Positions 49,095-58,912 of a stretch of 64,000 bases of DNA are shown here, piece after piece (the stretch's first letter is position 1; every line of letters starts with the position of its first letter). The notes beneath the pieces were generated by a model that was not told where the DNA came from, searched no databases, and worked only from the letters and a program-made list of their open reading frames with translations. The position numbers and the translations under genes were made by a program. The stretch comes from Enterobacteria phage Aplg8: sequence record NC_054902.1; one strand, written 5' to 3'.

Positions 49095-49252
49095 ATCAAT
49101 TCCTCAAAGGTAATTCATGTGTTAATAATACCACAGTTTGAGCTCGTTGTAAACAACTTTGTGAAAATTATTTTAGGGAATGATAAGAAGGGAACGATAG
49201 CTTAGAATGGTAATATACAGAATGTAAGAAAGAAAGGCCCAGAGGGCCCGTC

Positions 49253-49561
49253 TCAGTCTTCTATGATATCTCTATCATATCCAAGTGAAATGAGAGTTTC
49301 TTTGAAGTGTTTAATGTTCTTTTGTCTAGAATCATTAATGAAAATGACTGGATAACGAATGTTAAGAGATGTGAATCCAGCGCGTTTAGCAAGAGATACA
49401 ATCAGTGGACGATCATACTCAATCTTACCATTATTTGTAAGAACTTTATAGAAAGTAAAAGGAGCATTGAGCTCCTTTAGAAGTTTTGTAACTGATTGAC
49501 ATCCAGGACAACGACCTACTTCATCTGGAATTCCATAGACTTCAATCTTATTTTGTTTCAC
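49253..49561 (-). CDS. nrdH: NrdH-like glutaredoxin
   Basis: 102 aa; CPGC redox motif; adjacent to nrdG/nrdD. Confidence 0.75.
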   Translation of the reverse strand: MKQNKIEVYGIPDEVGRCPGCQSVTKLLKELNAPFTFYKVLTNNGKIEYDRPLIVSLAKRAGFTSLNIRYPVIFINDSRQKNIKHFKETLISLGYDRDIIED

Positions 49562-49563
49562 AA

Positions 49564-49776
49564 CTATTCCTTACTAAGAGCAGCATTCAGCTTGTTAGTA
49601 ATTTTATCCAGACGCTTATTGAACTCACTAGAAGATAAGCCCTTTTCTGGAGAAATTAAACTAATAACGAAAAATACAACAATAAAAGGAATAAGGAAAA
49701 TAGCTCCAACTGCCATAAACAGAAAGAATGTTACAGTTGTAAGAAAATCAGCTAAACCTTTACGAAATTTATACAT
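49564..49776 (-). CDS. small membrane protein
   Basis: 70 aa with central TM segment. Confidence 0.45.
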   Translation of the reverse strand: MYKFRKGLADFLTTVTFFLFMAVGAIFLIPFIVVFFVISLISPEKGLSSSEFNKRLDKITNKLNAALSKE

Positions 49777-49891
49777 ATTTTACCCTTAATTGATTAACCA
49801 AGCATTGATAAGCACTAAACTATATTGCGAATAAAATTCTGGACCAAAATGAAAAATCATATCATTTATAGTATCCATAATGTAATTCAAT

Positions 49892-50362
49892 TTAATCATG
49901 TGTCCACACCCCATCGGTATTTGACCAAAGTCGCTGATTATCTGATCCTCGCCACAGCTTTTTAGTCGGAAGATTTTTCTCATACTTCCCATCAATAATA
50001 ACATCAACATATTTAAGCATTTCTAGTTGTTTAATATCTTCAAACTTATATCCTGTCCACAACCAAATGCTTTTATTGGGATAAAGATTTTTAATAGTTT
50101 GAACCACAGAGTGAATCACGTCTCTGTTATCAGGATAGAGAGGGTCTCCTCCAGTTATAGTTAATCCTTCTATATAATCATTATTCAAACATTCAATTAA
50201 TTGCTCTAGTGTTTCACCAGTGAATGGAATACCATTTCTAGCATTCCATGTTGATTTATTATAACACCCTTCACATTTATGCAAACAACCTGTAACGAAA
50301 AGAACGACCCTGCAACCAGGGCCATTCACAAAATCACAGGGATAAAATCTATCGTAATTCAT
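49892..50362 (-). CDS. nrdG: NrdG anaerobic ribonucleotide reductase activase (radical SAM)
   Basis: 156 aa; Cys cluster CLHKCEGC; overlaps nrdD by 4 nt. Confidence 0.88.
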   Translation of the reverse strand: MNYDRFYPCDFVNGPGCRVVLFVTGCLHKCEGCYNKSTWNARNGIPFTGETLEQLIECLNNDYIEGLTITGGDPLYPDNRDVIHSVVQTIKNLYPNKSIWLWTGYKFEDIKQLEMLKYVDVIIDGKYEKNLPTKKLWRGSDNQRLWSNTDGVWTHD

Positions 50363-52176
50363 TGGTGTTTAACCCTATGCATGATTTCTTTATTTTTACC
50401 GAGATTAAATCCGCGCTCGTTCGGATTTCCCAAATAACCACATGTTCTTCTTATGGTATTCATCTTTTTAGGATCAGTTTCTCCACAAATAGAACAAACA
50501 AATCCGTTTTCAGTAGGAGTCATTTCATGGGTACTTCCGCATGTAAAACACTTATCTACTGGCATGTTAACACCAAAATAATCTAAATGTTGTGCAGCAT
50601 AATCCCACACGGCCTCAAGACCTTTTAAGTTATTTTTCATATCAGGAAGTTCAACATAAGAAATGTGACCACCTGTCGCAATGAAATGATATGGCGCTTC
50701 ACGAGAAATCTTTTCAAACGGAGTAATATTTTCTTCTACTGAAACATGGAAACTGTTAGTGTACCAGCCTTTATCGGTAACATCTTTTACACTTCCATAT
50801 TTTTCTGTATCAAGTTTACAGAAGCGATAACAAAGGTTTTCAGCAGGAGTCGAATACAAACTAAAAGCAAACCCAGTTCTTTCAGCCCACTGTTTAAGAC
50901 GAGCATTCATTTTAGTTAAAATTTCTTGTCCAATGTCACGACCGACAAGAATATTCAATTCATGAATACCAATGTATCCTAAAGACACTGAACTTCTACC
51001 GTTTTTAAATAACTCAATTATGTCGTCATCAGGTTTAAGACGAACCCCGAATGCACCTTCTTGGTAAAGAATAGGAGCAACAGTCGCTTTAACTCCTTTT
51101 AAGGAACTAATTCTACACATCAAAGCTTCAAAACACAGATCCATTCGTTCATTGAATAATTCAACAAATTTCTGTTCATTGAACTGTGTTCCAATATAAG
51201 AATCTAACGCGATGCGAGGAAGATTCAGTGTTACAACACCAAGATTATTACGTCCATCAAGAATTTCATTACCAGTCGAATCTTTCCATACGCTCAAGAA
51301 ACTACGACAACCCATTGGAGAAACAGGAATAGATGAGCCAGTGATAGCTTTATTGTTCTTAGCTGAAATAATATCAGGATACATTCTTTTGCTTGCGCAC
51401 TCTAGAGCAAGCTGCTTAATATCGTAGTTCGGATCGTCTTTATAAAGATTAACACCTTCTTCAACGAACATAACAAGCTTAGGGAAAATAGGAGTTATCC
51501 CATCACGACCGAGACCTTTAATACGATTTTTCAGAATTGCTTTCTGAATCATTCGTTCAGTCCAGTCAGTTCCTGTACCAAATGTAATTGTTACAAAAGG
51601 TGTTTGTCCGTTTGAACTAAAGAGAGTATTTACTTCATATTCATAAGCTTGGAACGCATCGTATACGTCTTTTTCTGTTTTAGATTGGGCATAATTCAAC
51701 GCATCAGCGATTTGCCATTTTTCTGCATCCTCAATATGTTTTGCATAGGTGCGTTTAACATAAGGAGAAAGGACTTTGTCTACATTTGCAAAAGTCGTTC
51801 CACCGTATTGATGGGAAGCAACCTGTGCAGTAATTTGTGCCATAATTGCAGTAGCAACACCGATTGATTTAGGAGTTTCAATCTGTGCATTACCGAGCTT
51901 AAATCCGTTCTCAAGCATTCCTTTTAAATCTACTAAACAGCAATTAGTAAATGGAAGAGCAGGGGAATAATCAATATCATGGAAATGAATAATTCCGCTT
52001 TCATGCGCTTTCATAATAAAAGACGGGACCATATTTTTGGCAATGTGTTTAGACACAATACCAGCCATAAGGTCCCGTTGAGTTGGAAAAACACGAGAAT
52101 CTTTATTAGCATTCTCGTTCAAAAGGTCTTTATTAGTTTTATGAATCAATCCTTCAATTTCTTTTTCAATTGTCAT
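50359..52176 (-). CDS. nrdD: NrdD anaerobic ribonucleoside-triphosphate reductase, uninterrupted (no intron)
   Basis: 605 aa continuous ORF; glycyl-radical motif near C-terminus and C-terminal Zn ribbon CFTCGS...CSICG. Confidence 0.93.
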   Translation of the reverse strand: MTIEKEIEGLIHKTNKDLLNENANKDSRVFPTQRDLMAGIVSKHIAKNMVPSFIMKAHESGIIHFHDIDYSPALPFTNCCLVDLKGMLENGFKLGNAQIETPKSIGVATAIMAQITAQVASHQYGGTTFANVDKVLSPYVKRTYAKHIEDAEKWQIADALNYAQSKTEKDVYDAFQAYEYEVNTLFSSNGQTPFVTITFGTGTDWTERMIQKAILKNRIKGLGRDGITPIFPKLVMFVEEGVNLYKDDPNYDIKQLALECASKRMYPDIISAKNNKAITGSSIPVSPMGCRSFLSVWKDSTGNEILDGRNNLGVVTLNLPRIALDSYIGTQFNEQKFVELFNERMDLCFEALMCRISSLKGVKATVAPILYQEGAFGVRLKPDDDIIELFKNGRSSVSLGYIGIHELNILVGRDIGQEILTKMNARLKQWAERTGFAFSLYSTPAENLCYRFCKLDTEKYGSVKDVTDKGWYTNSFHVSVEENITPFEKISREAPYHFIATGGHISYVELPDMKNNLKGLEAVWDYAAQHLDYFGVNMPVDKCFTCGSTHEMTPTENGFVCSICGETDPKKMNTIRRTCGYLGNPNERGFNLGKNKEIMHRVKHQ

Positions 52177-52646
52177 TTTAAACTCTTTCTAAGCTGCTTC
52201 TTAAATGAAGCTATTAATTGTGTTTTAGTGTCAGATTCATTATATTCAAATCCTCTTTGAAGCATCTCAGCCATCATTTCCTCTTTTCCTAAACGAGAAA
52301 ATTCCTTTGATTTATCTCCAACGAAGTTAGGGTGAATATTATTTTGGGTGTAATCGGATTTTAAATAAGTAAGTAAATTTTCTAACCATTCAAGATAATC
52401 AACGCCTTGTCCCTTTAAGCCGGAACGATTAAATTTGTGCTTCATTTGACCTTCCGCTGCATTGCAGAGATTACAGAGCAATCCACGTACCTTTCCTGCT
52501 TTTTGTCCATTTAATTCATGATCATGGTCAAGGTGATTAGCTTGAACATCAGGATTTAGTTCTCGTTGGCAAATTAAGCATTTACCGTTTTGTGCATTAT
52601 AAAATTTCTGTTTTTCTTCTTTATATAATTTGCCAGTCAATAACAT
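52173..52646 (-). CDS. 49: gp49 endonuclease VII (Holliday junction resolvase)
   Basis: 157 aa; MLLTGKLYKEEKQKFYNAQNGKCLICQRELNPDVQANHLDHDHELNG recognised as T4 endo VII. Confidence 0.95.
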   Translation of the reverse strand: MLLTGKLYKEEKQKFYNAQNGKCLICQRELNPDVQANHLDHDHELNGQKAGKVRGLLCNLCNAAEGQMKHKFNRSGLKGQGVDYLEWLENLLTYLKSDYTQNNIHPNFVGDKSKEFSRLGKEEMMAEMLQRGFEYNESDTKTQLIASFKKQLRKSLK

Positions 52647-52652
52647 AATAAA

Positions 52653-52677
52653 ACCCTTACCTTAAATAGATAAGGGT
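52653..52677 (-). promoter_or_regulatory. gene 49 RBS-sequestering hairpin with adjacent late-promoter-like box
   Basis: mRNA ACCCUUA-11 nt loop-UAAGGGU, 3' arm covers SD 7 nt before AUG; AATAAATA box abuts 5' arm. Confidence 0.55.
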
Positions 52678-52688
52678 ATTTATTATTT

Positions 52689-52865
52689 TCAAGTATTGTA
52701 AAACATTCGATGCAATCGCTTATATTGTCGAATCATCTTTTTAGTAGGACGAGAATAAGTTCCTATACAAGTGGTCATATTAGGGTCAGTAGGACTTCCT
52801 TTAATAAAAAGTTTCCAAACCTTACCACCATTTAACTTTTCAGTATAAATTAATTCGGTTTTCAT
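52689..52865 (-). CDS. small basic protein (58 aa)
   Basis: hand-translated MKTELIYTEKLNGGKVWKLFIKGSPTDPNMTTCIGTYSRPTKK...; TAATG start-stop overlap. Confidence 0.4.
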   Translation of the reverse strand: MKTELIYTEKLNGGKVWKLFIKGSPTDPNMTTCIGTYSRPTKKMIRQYKRLHRMFYNT

Positions 52866-53329
52866 TAAAACGCTCGGTCAGAAAAAGAAATTTGAGTTTC
52901 AAGCCATTCAATATATTCTGCCGCGGCTTGCATTAAATTTCCTTCGTAATCATCAATATCTTTTTTCAACGCCGATTTAGATAATGCATATGAAATGCGT
53001 TCACCCTGAAATCCAGCTTTAGGTTTATGAATAACTTGATCAATTCGTTCTACGACTTCTTCAATTTCGCCATTTTCTGCGGATTCAGTATTCCACAAGC
53101 ACCAATATGTAATTGGCTTATCATAGATGTTAATAATCTTTCCATCAGAAAGTTCAATTTCAATAATTCCAGTGTCAGGCTCTATATCATCTTCACATTC
53201 TTTTGCAAGTTCACGAACTTTAAAGACAGTACCTGCACTAAGTTCCGGCCAGTAATTACACAGCCCTTTATCAGCACGATTAATTCTAAACCACTTATCT
53301 ACTGCAATCATACCCCATCTCCATATCAA
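52865..53329 (-). CDS. hypothetical protein
   Basis: 154-aa ORF. Confidence 0.5.
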   Translation of the reverse strand: MIWRWGMIAVDKWFRINRADKGLCNYWPELSAGTVFKVRELAKECEDDIEPDTGIIEIELSDGKIINIYDKPITYWCLWNTESAENGEIEEVVERIDQVIHKPKAGFQGERISYALSKSALKKDIDDYEGNLMQAAAEYIEWLETQISFSDRAF

Positions 53330-53434
53330 TTAAGTCATTTATCGTCGGTTCATTATATACTGTTTCTTCATCAGTGTAAACCGGTTCTTTCGGCTCTGGC
53401 TCTACAGTTTCCCATCTAGCCGCCCACCAAGGTT

Positions 53435-53755
53435 TTATAGTGTAATCCATTCTCGTACTGTCTGAGTTACTACACGTTCACGGGGCTCGACTAGTTCAAC
53501 AGTCGGAACTGCATAATACCAGTCAGAATGATAAGAACCTGACCGAGATTCATTTACAGCCACATGTACATTATGTTTTGGACTAAAGTAAACACACTGA
53601 CGATATTGACATTTACCATCTTGCACCCAGTCTTCTATTTCGACAGGTTTAAGATAATCGGAAAAATCGAAATCATAGTTTTCCGAAAATGCATCATGGT
53701 CTTCGATGATTTCGCTCAGAACTGCATCAACATCTAATTTATTTTCAATAGTCAT
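53435..53755 (-). CDS. hypothetical protein
   Basis: 106-aa ORF. Confidence 0.5.
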   Translation of the reverse strand: MTIENKLDVDAVLSEIIEDHDAFSENYDFDFSDYLKPVEIEDWVQDGKCQYRQCVYFSPKHNVHVAVNESRSGSYHSDWYYAVPTVELVEPRERVVTQTVREWITL

Positions 53756-53938
53756 TTTTCACCAATTAATTTCGCAATTTATTAAGTTCTTCATCATCAA
53801 TCCAGGATTCTAGTCCTGATGGCAGGTCACATTCAATTTCCCAAAGAAGTTCTTCAATTTTCTGAAGACGATCTAGTTCTTCGGCTGGAATAGTAACCAT
53901 TGACGGAGCTCGTGATACATTAATATCGTAAATCATAT

Positions 53939-54154
53939 TTACCCCAATTTAACCATACAATCGCCGTATTTCCACTTAGAAATAGACTTTTCACCATTAG
54001 AATAATAAACTTCGAGTTTAGCACGATTATTTTTAATTTGAATAACCTTGGCTGTCATCAAAGTTCCATACCCATAATAAACTGCAACTTCATCACCTAC
54101 ATATACCGCGCTTCCGCGGTAATCATGAATATAGTCAGTTCCTTCGAGCATCAT
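53939..54154 (-). CDS. hypothetical protein
   Basis: 71-aa ORF, 4-nt overlap with nrdC. Confidence 0.5.
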   Translation of the reverse strand: MMLEGTDYIHDYRGSAVYVGDEVAVYYGYGTLMTAKVIQIKNNRAKLEVYYSNGEKSISKWKYGDCMVKLG

Positions 54155-54414
54155 TTAAAATATTCTCGCAGTTGGTCAAATCCACCAATATGACTTCCAT
54201 CAGGAGCAAATACCTGAGGCATTGTCAAGCCGATTTGAGTATCACGACCTAGTTTAGTCAGAAGCTCAGCGATTTTCTCATCATCAAAAACACCTTTTTC
54301 CGGCATAATGTTGATAAATTCAAACGGCTGTTTCTTCACAGTCAAAAGACGTTTTGCATTATCGCAATACACGCATTTATGAATGTTGCTATCATAACCA
54401 TATACTTTAAACAT
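54151..54414 (-). CDS. nrdC: NrdC thioredoxin/glutaredoxin
   Basis: 87 aa (T4 NrdC length); CVYC redox motif. Confidence 0.85.
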   Translation of the reverse strand: MFKVYGYDSNIHKCVYCDNAKRLLTVKKQPFEFINIMPEKGVFDDEKIAELLTKLGRDTQIGLTMPQVFAPDGSHIGGFDQLREYFK

Positions 54415-54415
54415 A

Positions 54416-54658
54416 TTATTCCTTAATTCCTAGTACTTGTTTAAAAGTCTCGTCGTAATCAAGACTTTGGCCCGTTTGTTCTTTATGTTTGTATATAATA
54501 TCACTTACTTCTGATAGCATATTTTTATATGAACGAGTTAAAGCAGATTTAAGCACGCTGTATCTATCAGGAAATTTACCATGTTCATTATAATAAGCTA
54601 TTGCTAATTCACGGACTGCCTTTTCAGCAGTCTCCATATATTCTTTACGCTTGGTCAT
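54416..54658 (-). CDS. hypothetical protein
   Basis: 80 aa from [15 protein letters not shown]; start overlaps upstream ORF end. Confidence 0.45.
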
Positions 54659-54941
54659 TTTCTTCTCGGTCAAATCGGTGTTTACAATGGCGACATTTAT
54701 AACGAAGATTATTAGTCTGCCAATGGACCAATTGCACCTGTTCAGTTCCACATTCAGGGCAATTAGGAACGTTTTTAGAAGCCCTTTCGCGACGTTCAAC
54801 CATAGCCATAATAGCATCCCATGCTGGAGGTTTAAAATCTAAATCGTCAGTAACTAGCAGTCCTTTATCAAACCCAGCGCATGGAGTCCATTCAGGAAAA
54901 TCTGAAGCTTCGGCAATATCTTCTAATAAACGCTTTTTCAT
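54645..54941 (-). CDS. zinc-ribbon protein
   Basis: 98 aa; CPECGTE...CRHCKH four-Cys ribbon. Confidence 0.5.
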
Positions 54942-55864
54942 TTCAGTACCTCAATAGCATCACGTAAACCATTTGCTTTGGCGGTTAAAGCCTTAATAAC
55001 TTTAGTATGCTCTTCAATCTGTTTTTCAACTTCAATCAAACGGGCACTGAGATATTCGCGTTCTTCTTTCATAGTATCATTCCCATGATTGGGCTTTGGC
55101 GTAGGTTTAAATTTATTAGGGTCCTTTAACTTAATAACAACTTTAGTTTCAAACAGTGAAAGACCATAATTCGTATTATCATCAAAGGATTCAACTACGT
55201 CCATTTTAGACAATAACGTACGAAGATTATAAGTCAAAGAACGAATCGTTTTATTATGTTTATTAGCTTCACATGGTTTCATATATGGAAGATTTTTATA
55301 TATTTCATGCGGAGCACAAACAATAATTGACAATTCAAATGGTCCATTCTGTGATGATGGAATGAATTTAGCCGTAACCCAATCTTTTACATTTACATTA
55401 ATAGTACGATCATCGCCATGACAAAACAGTCTACGAGAATGCTTAAAAAGCATATTCACATTATTATTAAATTCGTGTGAAAACTCACTGGCAAATTTTT
55501 CTTTACTATTTTTAGAAAACCATTCTTCTAAATAAGTTCTTTTCACGTCATTAATAATATTAAATGTAACAACATTAGCATTTGATACATTAGTCTCAAT
55601 GTAGCTTGGATACATAAATTTTTTAACATTATTAACAGCTATCACAGAAGATAGTAATCGGGAACGTTTGAACCACTCGAGCAAAGAACCAAGAGAATGT
55701 GAATACGCATTTTGTGTATCTTTACAAATATGGTTTTCCCATCCAATATAGTCTAAAAAATCACGAAGAATATTATTGATTGCTGCTCTGTGTCCTATCT
55801 GATAATTACGATGTTTAGTAATAAGACTGTCAAAATAATCAATATAATGTTTACGAGTTTTCAT
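54938..55864 (-). CDS. hypothetical protein, tandem paralogue A (C-terminal coiled coil)
   Basis: 308 aa; heptad-rich C-terminal 45 aa; weak similarity to next three ORFs. Confidence 0.6.
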   Translation of the reverse strand: MKTRKHYIDYFDSLITKHRNYQIGHRAAINNILRDFLDYIGWENHICKDTQNAYSHSLGSLLEWFKRSRLLSSVIAVNNVKKFMYPSYIETNVSNANVVTFNIINDVKRTYLEEWFSKNSKEKFASEFSHEFNNNVNMLFKHSRRLFCHGDDRTINVNVKDWVTAKFIPSSQNGPFELSIIVCAPHEIYKNLPYMKPCEANKHNKTIRSLTYNLRTLLSKMDVVESFDDNTNYGLSLFETKVVIKLKDPNKFKPTPKPNHGNDTMKEEREYLSARLIEVEKQIEEHTKVIKALTAKANGLRDAIEVLK

Positions 55865-55916
55865 GTTCTTCTCACTTGGTTAATGATTTATACTCCGAGC
55901 CATCCTTGGCTTTAAA

Positions 55917-56918
55917 TTACTTAATTAACTGTAAAGCTTGTTCAAGACGATCCAGGCGATTAACAGATTCTTCCCAAATCCTTTTAGCCTGCTCATATTC
56001 TTTCTGCGCTTTATTAGAAATTTCTAGAACTTCTTTATAAGCTTTTTCTAGTGCAATAACTTCTGGACGAATTTCTACAGGTTCAGGCGAATCATCAAGA
56101 CATTCCATTAGTTCCTCAAGGGTAGTTTCTTCTTTAGGAGTATTCACAATTTCATCACATTTTTGTTGGTAAATTTCTTTACTAGTAAGTGAATAAGTAC
56201 ATTTCACTTCACGAAGACTAACTACAATTTTATATCCTTCCCAACCGCATATATTCTTAAAAGGATATGTATGAATATTTTCTACTGTTTCCATACAAAG
56301 TAATGCGGTCTCTAATTGACGAGTTATAGTGCTAGCAATTGAGAAAAATTTATTAATGTTCTTTTGGTTAGTTTCTGGTGTAAAAAATCCATAATTCACA
56401 AAAATAGCTACTTTATTTTTATCAAGCTCATATTCTTTTATGATAATCATATCAGAAGCCAAAGGATGAATTTGACGATAATCGCCATAGCATAATTTAG
56501 AAGCTGATTTTAAAATTTGCTTTTTGAAAAGTCTGAAATTACTAATCCAACGACGAGTAAAAATATTCTCAGGGTCTTCTTTATTATTAAGATGATAAGA
56601 ATTAACATCACCGAACCAATTATATCCTACTACATCTTTAGTTCGTTTAATTTCTTTCCCAAAATTACCAAGAATATCCCGATTAACCAAATATGAAAGA
56701 AGACGAGACTCTTTAAAGGTTTTCTTGATAACATCTTTATCTACACGGCTAGAAATTTTACGAATTTCATGAATAAATTTAGTAGAAGAAACAATACTTG
56801 CATCAACACTATTGAGCCATTGATTGATAATAGAAAGAACGATATTTTGACCAAACATCGGTATAGCTTTATCATCAATAACGCTATTGAATGATTTGAT
56901 ATATTCGTTACGAGTCAT
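55917..56918 (-). CDS. hypothetical protein, tandem paralogue B
   Basis: 333 aa from MTRNEYIKSF with GAGGAG SD; coiled-coil C-terminus. Confidence 0.6.
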   Translation of the reverse strand: MTRNEYIKSFNSVIDDKAIPMFGQNIVLSIINQWLNSVDASIVSSTKFIHEIRKISSRVDKDVIKKTFKESRLLSYLVNRDILGNFGKEIKRTKDVVGYNWFGDVNSYHLNNKEDPENIFTRRWISNFRLFKKQILKSASKLCYGDYRQIHPLASDMIIIKEYELDKNKVAIFVNYGFFTPETNQKNINKFFSIASTITRQLETALLCMETVENIHTYPFKNICGWEGYKIVVSLREVKCTYSLTSKEIYQQKCDEIVNTPKEETTLEELMECLDDSPEPVEIRPEVIALEKAYKEVLEISNKAQKEYEQAKRIWEESVNRLDRLEQALQLIK

Positions 56919-56946
56919 ATTAATCTCCTCAGTAGAAAGTAAGAAC

Positions 56947-56976
56947 ATTATACCACATCCTTGTGGCAAAGTAAAC
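56947..56976 (-). promoter_or_regulatory. early promoter (GTTTAC / TATAAT)
   Basis: minus-strand GTTTACTTTGCCACAAGGATGTGGTATAAT. Confidence 0.7.
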
Positions 56977-57995
56977 TAGTTCAGTGCATTTAGTGCATTG
57001 TTCAGTTTAGAACGTTGCTTCGTGAGATTTTTGACTTTTTCTTGTGCTTTTTCTAGCATCTTTTCAGCTTCTAACACTTCATTGGTCGCTTTAACGAGTT
57101 CATCATCTACTGCCTTAAGGGACTTCTCAATCGCATCCGCGTGCCATTTTTCAACAGGTTTAAGACTCGGATTTTCAATAGGAAGAAAATTCACTTTATT
57201 GAATTTCCATGCATCTTTATTACCTGAACTATACATCCAAAATTTAGGATCATTTGACGAGTAATTAGATAAATTTAAGTTATCTTGCACTTCCTGCTTT
57301 TTCTCTTGCGGGACTTCGTCCTTTCTCAAAAAATCGTATTTAAATGAAACGATCATATCAAGTTCATATGTTGTCGTATCTAATTTAAATCGTTCGAAAT
57401 GCTGCGAAATCTTAGATTGAACAGCAGCAACAACATCCATATACTTAAATGCTTCTGTCAGCTGTGATTTAAGACATTCACAAATTGAAAGAGAATTTTT
57501 TGTATTAGGTTTAAAGCTAATTCGTGCAGTTCTATTATTTTCTTTTAATGGTCTTACTTCCATCTGAAGAGTATAACCATCAAATTTCAGGTTCTTTAAG
57601 TTAATATCAGAACCTTTTAATCGACTAGCCGTCGACAAAATTTGCTTTAATTGTTTACGGAATAGAGCAATAAATCTCCATTCAATACGATAATGATTTG
57701 GATTGAAAAATCCAGATGATAAATCGACCTTACTCTGACCAACACCTTGAACAAATAGAGGATTTTTATAATCAATAGTTTTACAGAAATCGGTGAGCTG
57801 CTCACGAGCAGTCATTTGAGTAATATACCCTGCTTCATTAAAATGACGTAACCATTCACTGCTATTCATATACTTAAAGTGAATGGAACTATTAACTCTA
57901 TCAGGGTCTAAATTATTTTGGCACAAAAATGTCATAACATCACGAGTATAGCTGGCATTACGAACCATATCTTCAATTTGAGAACGAGTTTTCAT
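56976..57995 (-). CDS. hypothetical protein, tandem paralogue C
   Basis: 339 aa; coiled-coil C-terminus. Confidence 0.6.
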   Translation of the reverse strand: MKTRSQIEDMVRNASYTRDVMTFLCQNNLDPDRVNSSIHFKYMNSSEWLRHFNEAGYITQMTAREQLTDFCKTIDYKNPLFVQGVGQSKVDLSSGFFNPNHYRIEWRFIALFRKQLKQILSTASRLKGSDINLKNLKFDGYTLQMEVRPLKENNRTARISFKPNTKNSLSICECLKSQLTEAFKYMDVVAAVQSKISQHFERFKLDTTTYELDMIVSFKYDFLRKDEVPQEKKQEVQDNLNLSNYSSNDPKFWMYSSGNKDAWKFNKVNFLPIENPSLKPVEKWHADAIEKSLKAVDDELVKATNEVLEAEKMLEKAQEKVKNLTKQRSKLNNALNALN

Positions 57996-58003
57996 GGTGT
58001 TCC

Positions 58004-58912
58004 TTAAGATTTAAGTAAATCAACAATTTTAATTAATTTTTCACGCTCAGATTTAGCTTTACTACTCAATCCAGATAGTCTGAAAATTTCATCGTCATAC
58101 TGTTGAATAGAAATATTCAGCTCTTCAATTTGCTTATTAAAATAATCAATTTGCTCAGAATGTTTTTCATTACTGCGAACTGGTACAGGTTTTGTAGGAA
58201 ATTTAGTTAAACTGGATTCATCCGGGCGATAAATTAAAATGCAATTTGAACCAATCGGGCATTTAGCACCAGATGAATATTCTAACGTTCCAGCTTCTTT
58301 TAAAACTTCAAAAGCTAAACAGAGATGATGCCCCATATTAACATAATCTGTAGAGCGAGCTCTGATATAATAATCATCGCCGCGAATACTAAATTTAAAG
58401 CATTTAAGGTCTTCTGTATTATTGGTCTTAAAAATCATTTGTTTATCTAGACCTTTAGCTAATCGAGCGCCTAATGCTAATAATCGTCGTTGATTTTCCC
58501 ACAAATCCGCAATCATTTGATCGAATGACAATTTCGGCATTAGTCTACCATAAAGGTCATATCCTTTATTATAATTGCGAAGAATTTCACTCGCGTTAAT
58601 ACGAGACAACGCTCCAATTTTATTAAGGGCTTTCATGATGCGATTAGATAAACCCATTCCAGACCCGTTTGTTCGTTGTAAATGTTTATCTAATCCAAAC
58701 CCAATATCAACTTTAAATTTATCTAAAATTTCAGCATGAACATCTCTGTCAATAACATTCAAATCCAAAGTTGGGTTAAATCTATGAAAAAATTTATCTG
58801 ACTCTCCACGACGAAGTACAGTCCATTCATTCAATTTTTTATTAACTAAAGATTTAATTACTGCATTGACATTATTAATTACTACTGACATATTTTCCTC
58901 ACTCAATTTCAA
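58004..58912 (-). CDS. hypothetical protein, tandem paralogue D
   Basis: 302 aa; coiled-coil C-terminus. Confidence 0.6.
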   Translation of the reverse strand: MKLSEENMSVVINNVNAVIKSLVNKKLNEWTVLRRGESDKFFHRFNPTLDLNVIDRDVHAEILDKFKVDIGFGLDKHLQRTNGSGMGLSNRIMKALNKIGALSRINASEILRNYNKGYDLYGRLMPKLSFDQMIADLWENQRRLLALGARLAKGLDKQMIFKTNNTEDLKCFKFSIRGDDYYIRARSTDYVNMGHHLCLAFEVLKEAGTLEYSSGAKCPIGSNCILIYRPDESSLTKFPTKPVPVRSNEKHSEQIDYFNKQIEELNISIQQYDDEIFRLSGLSSKAKSEREKLIKIVDLLKS

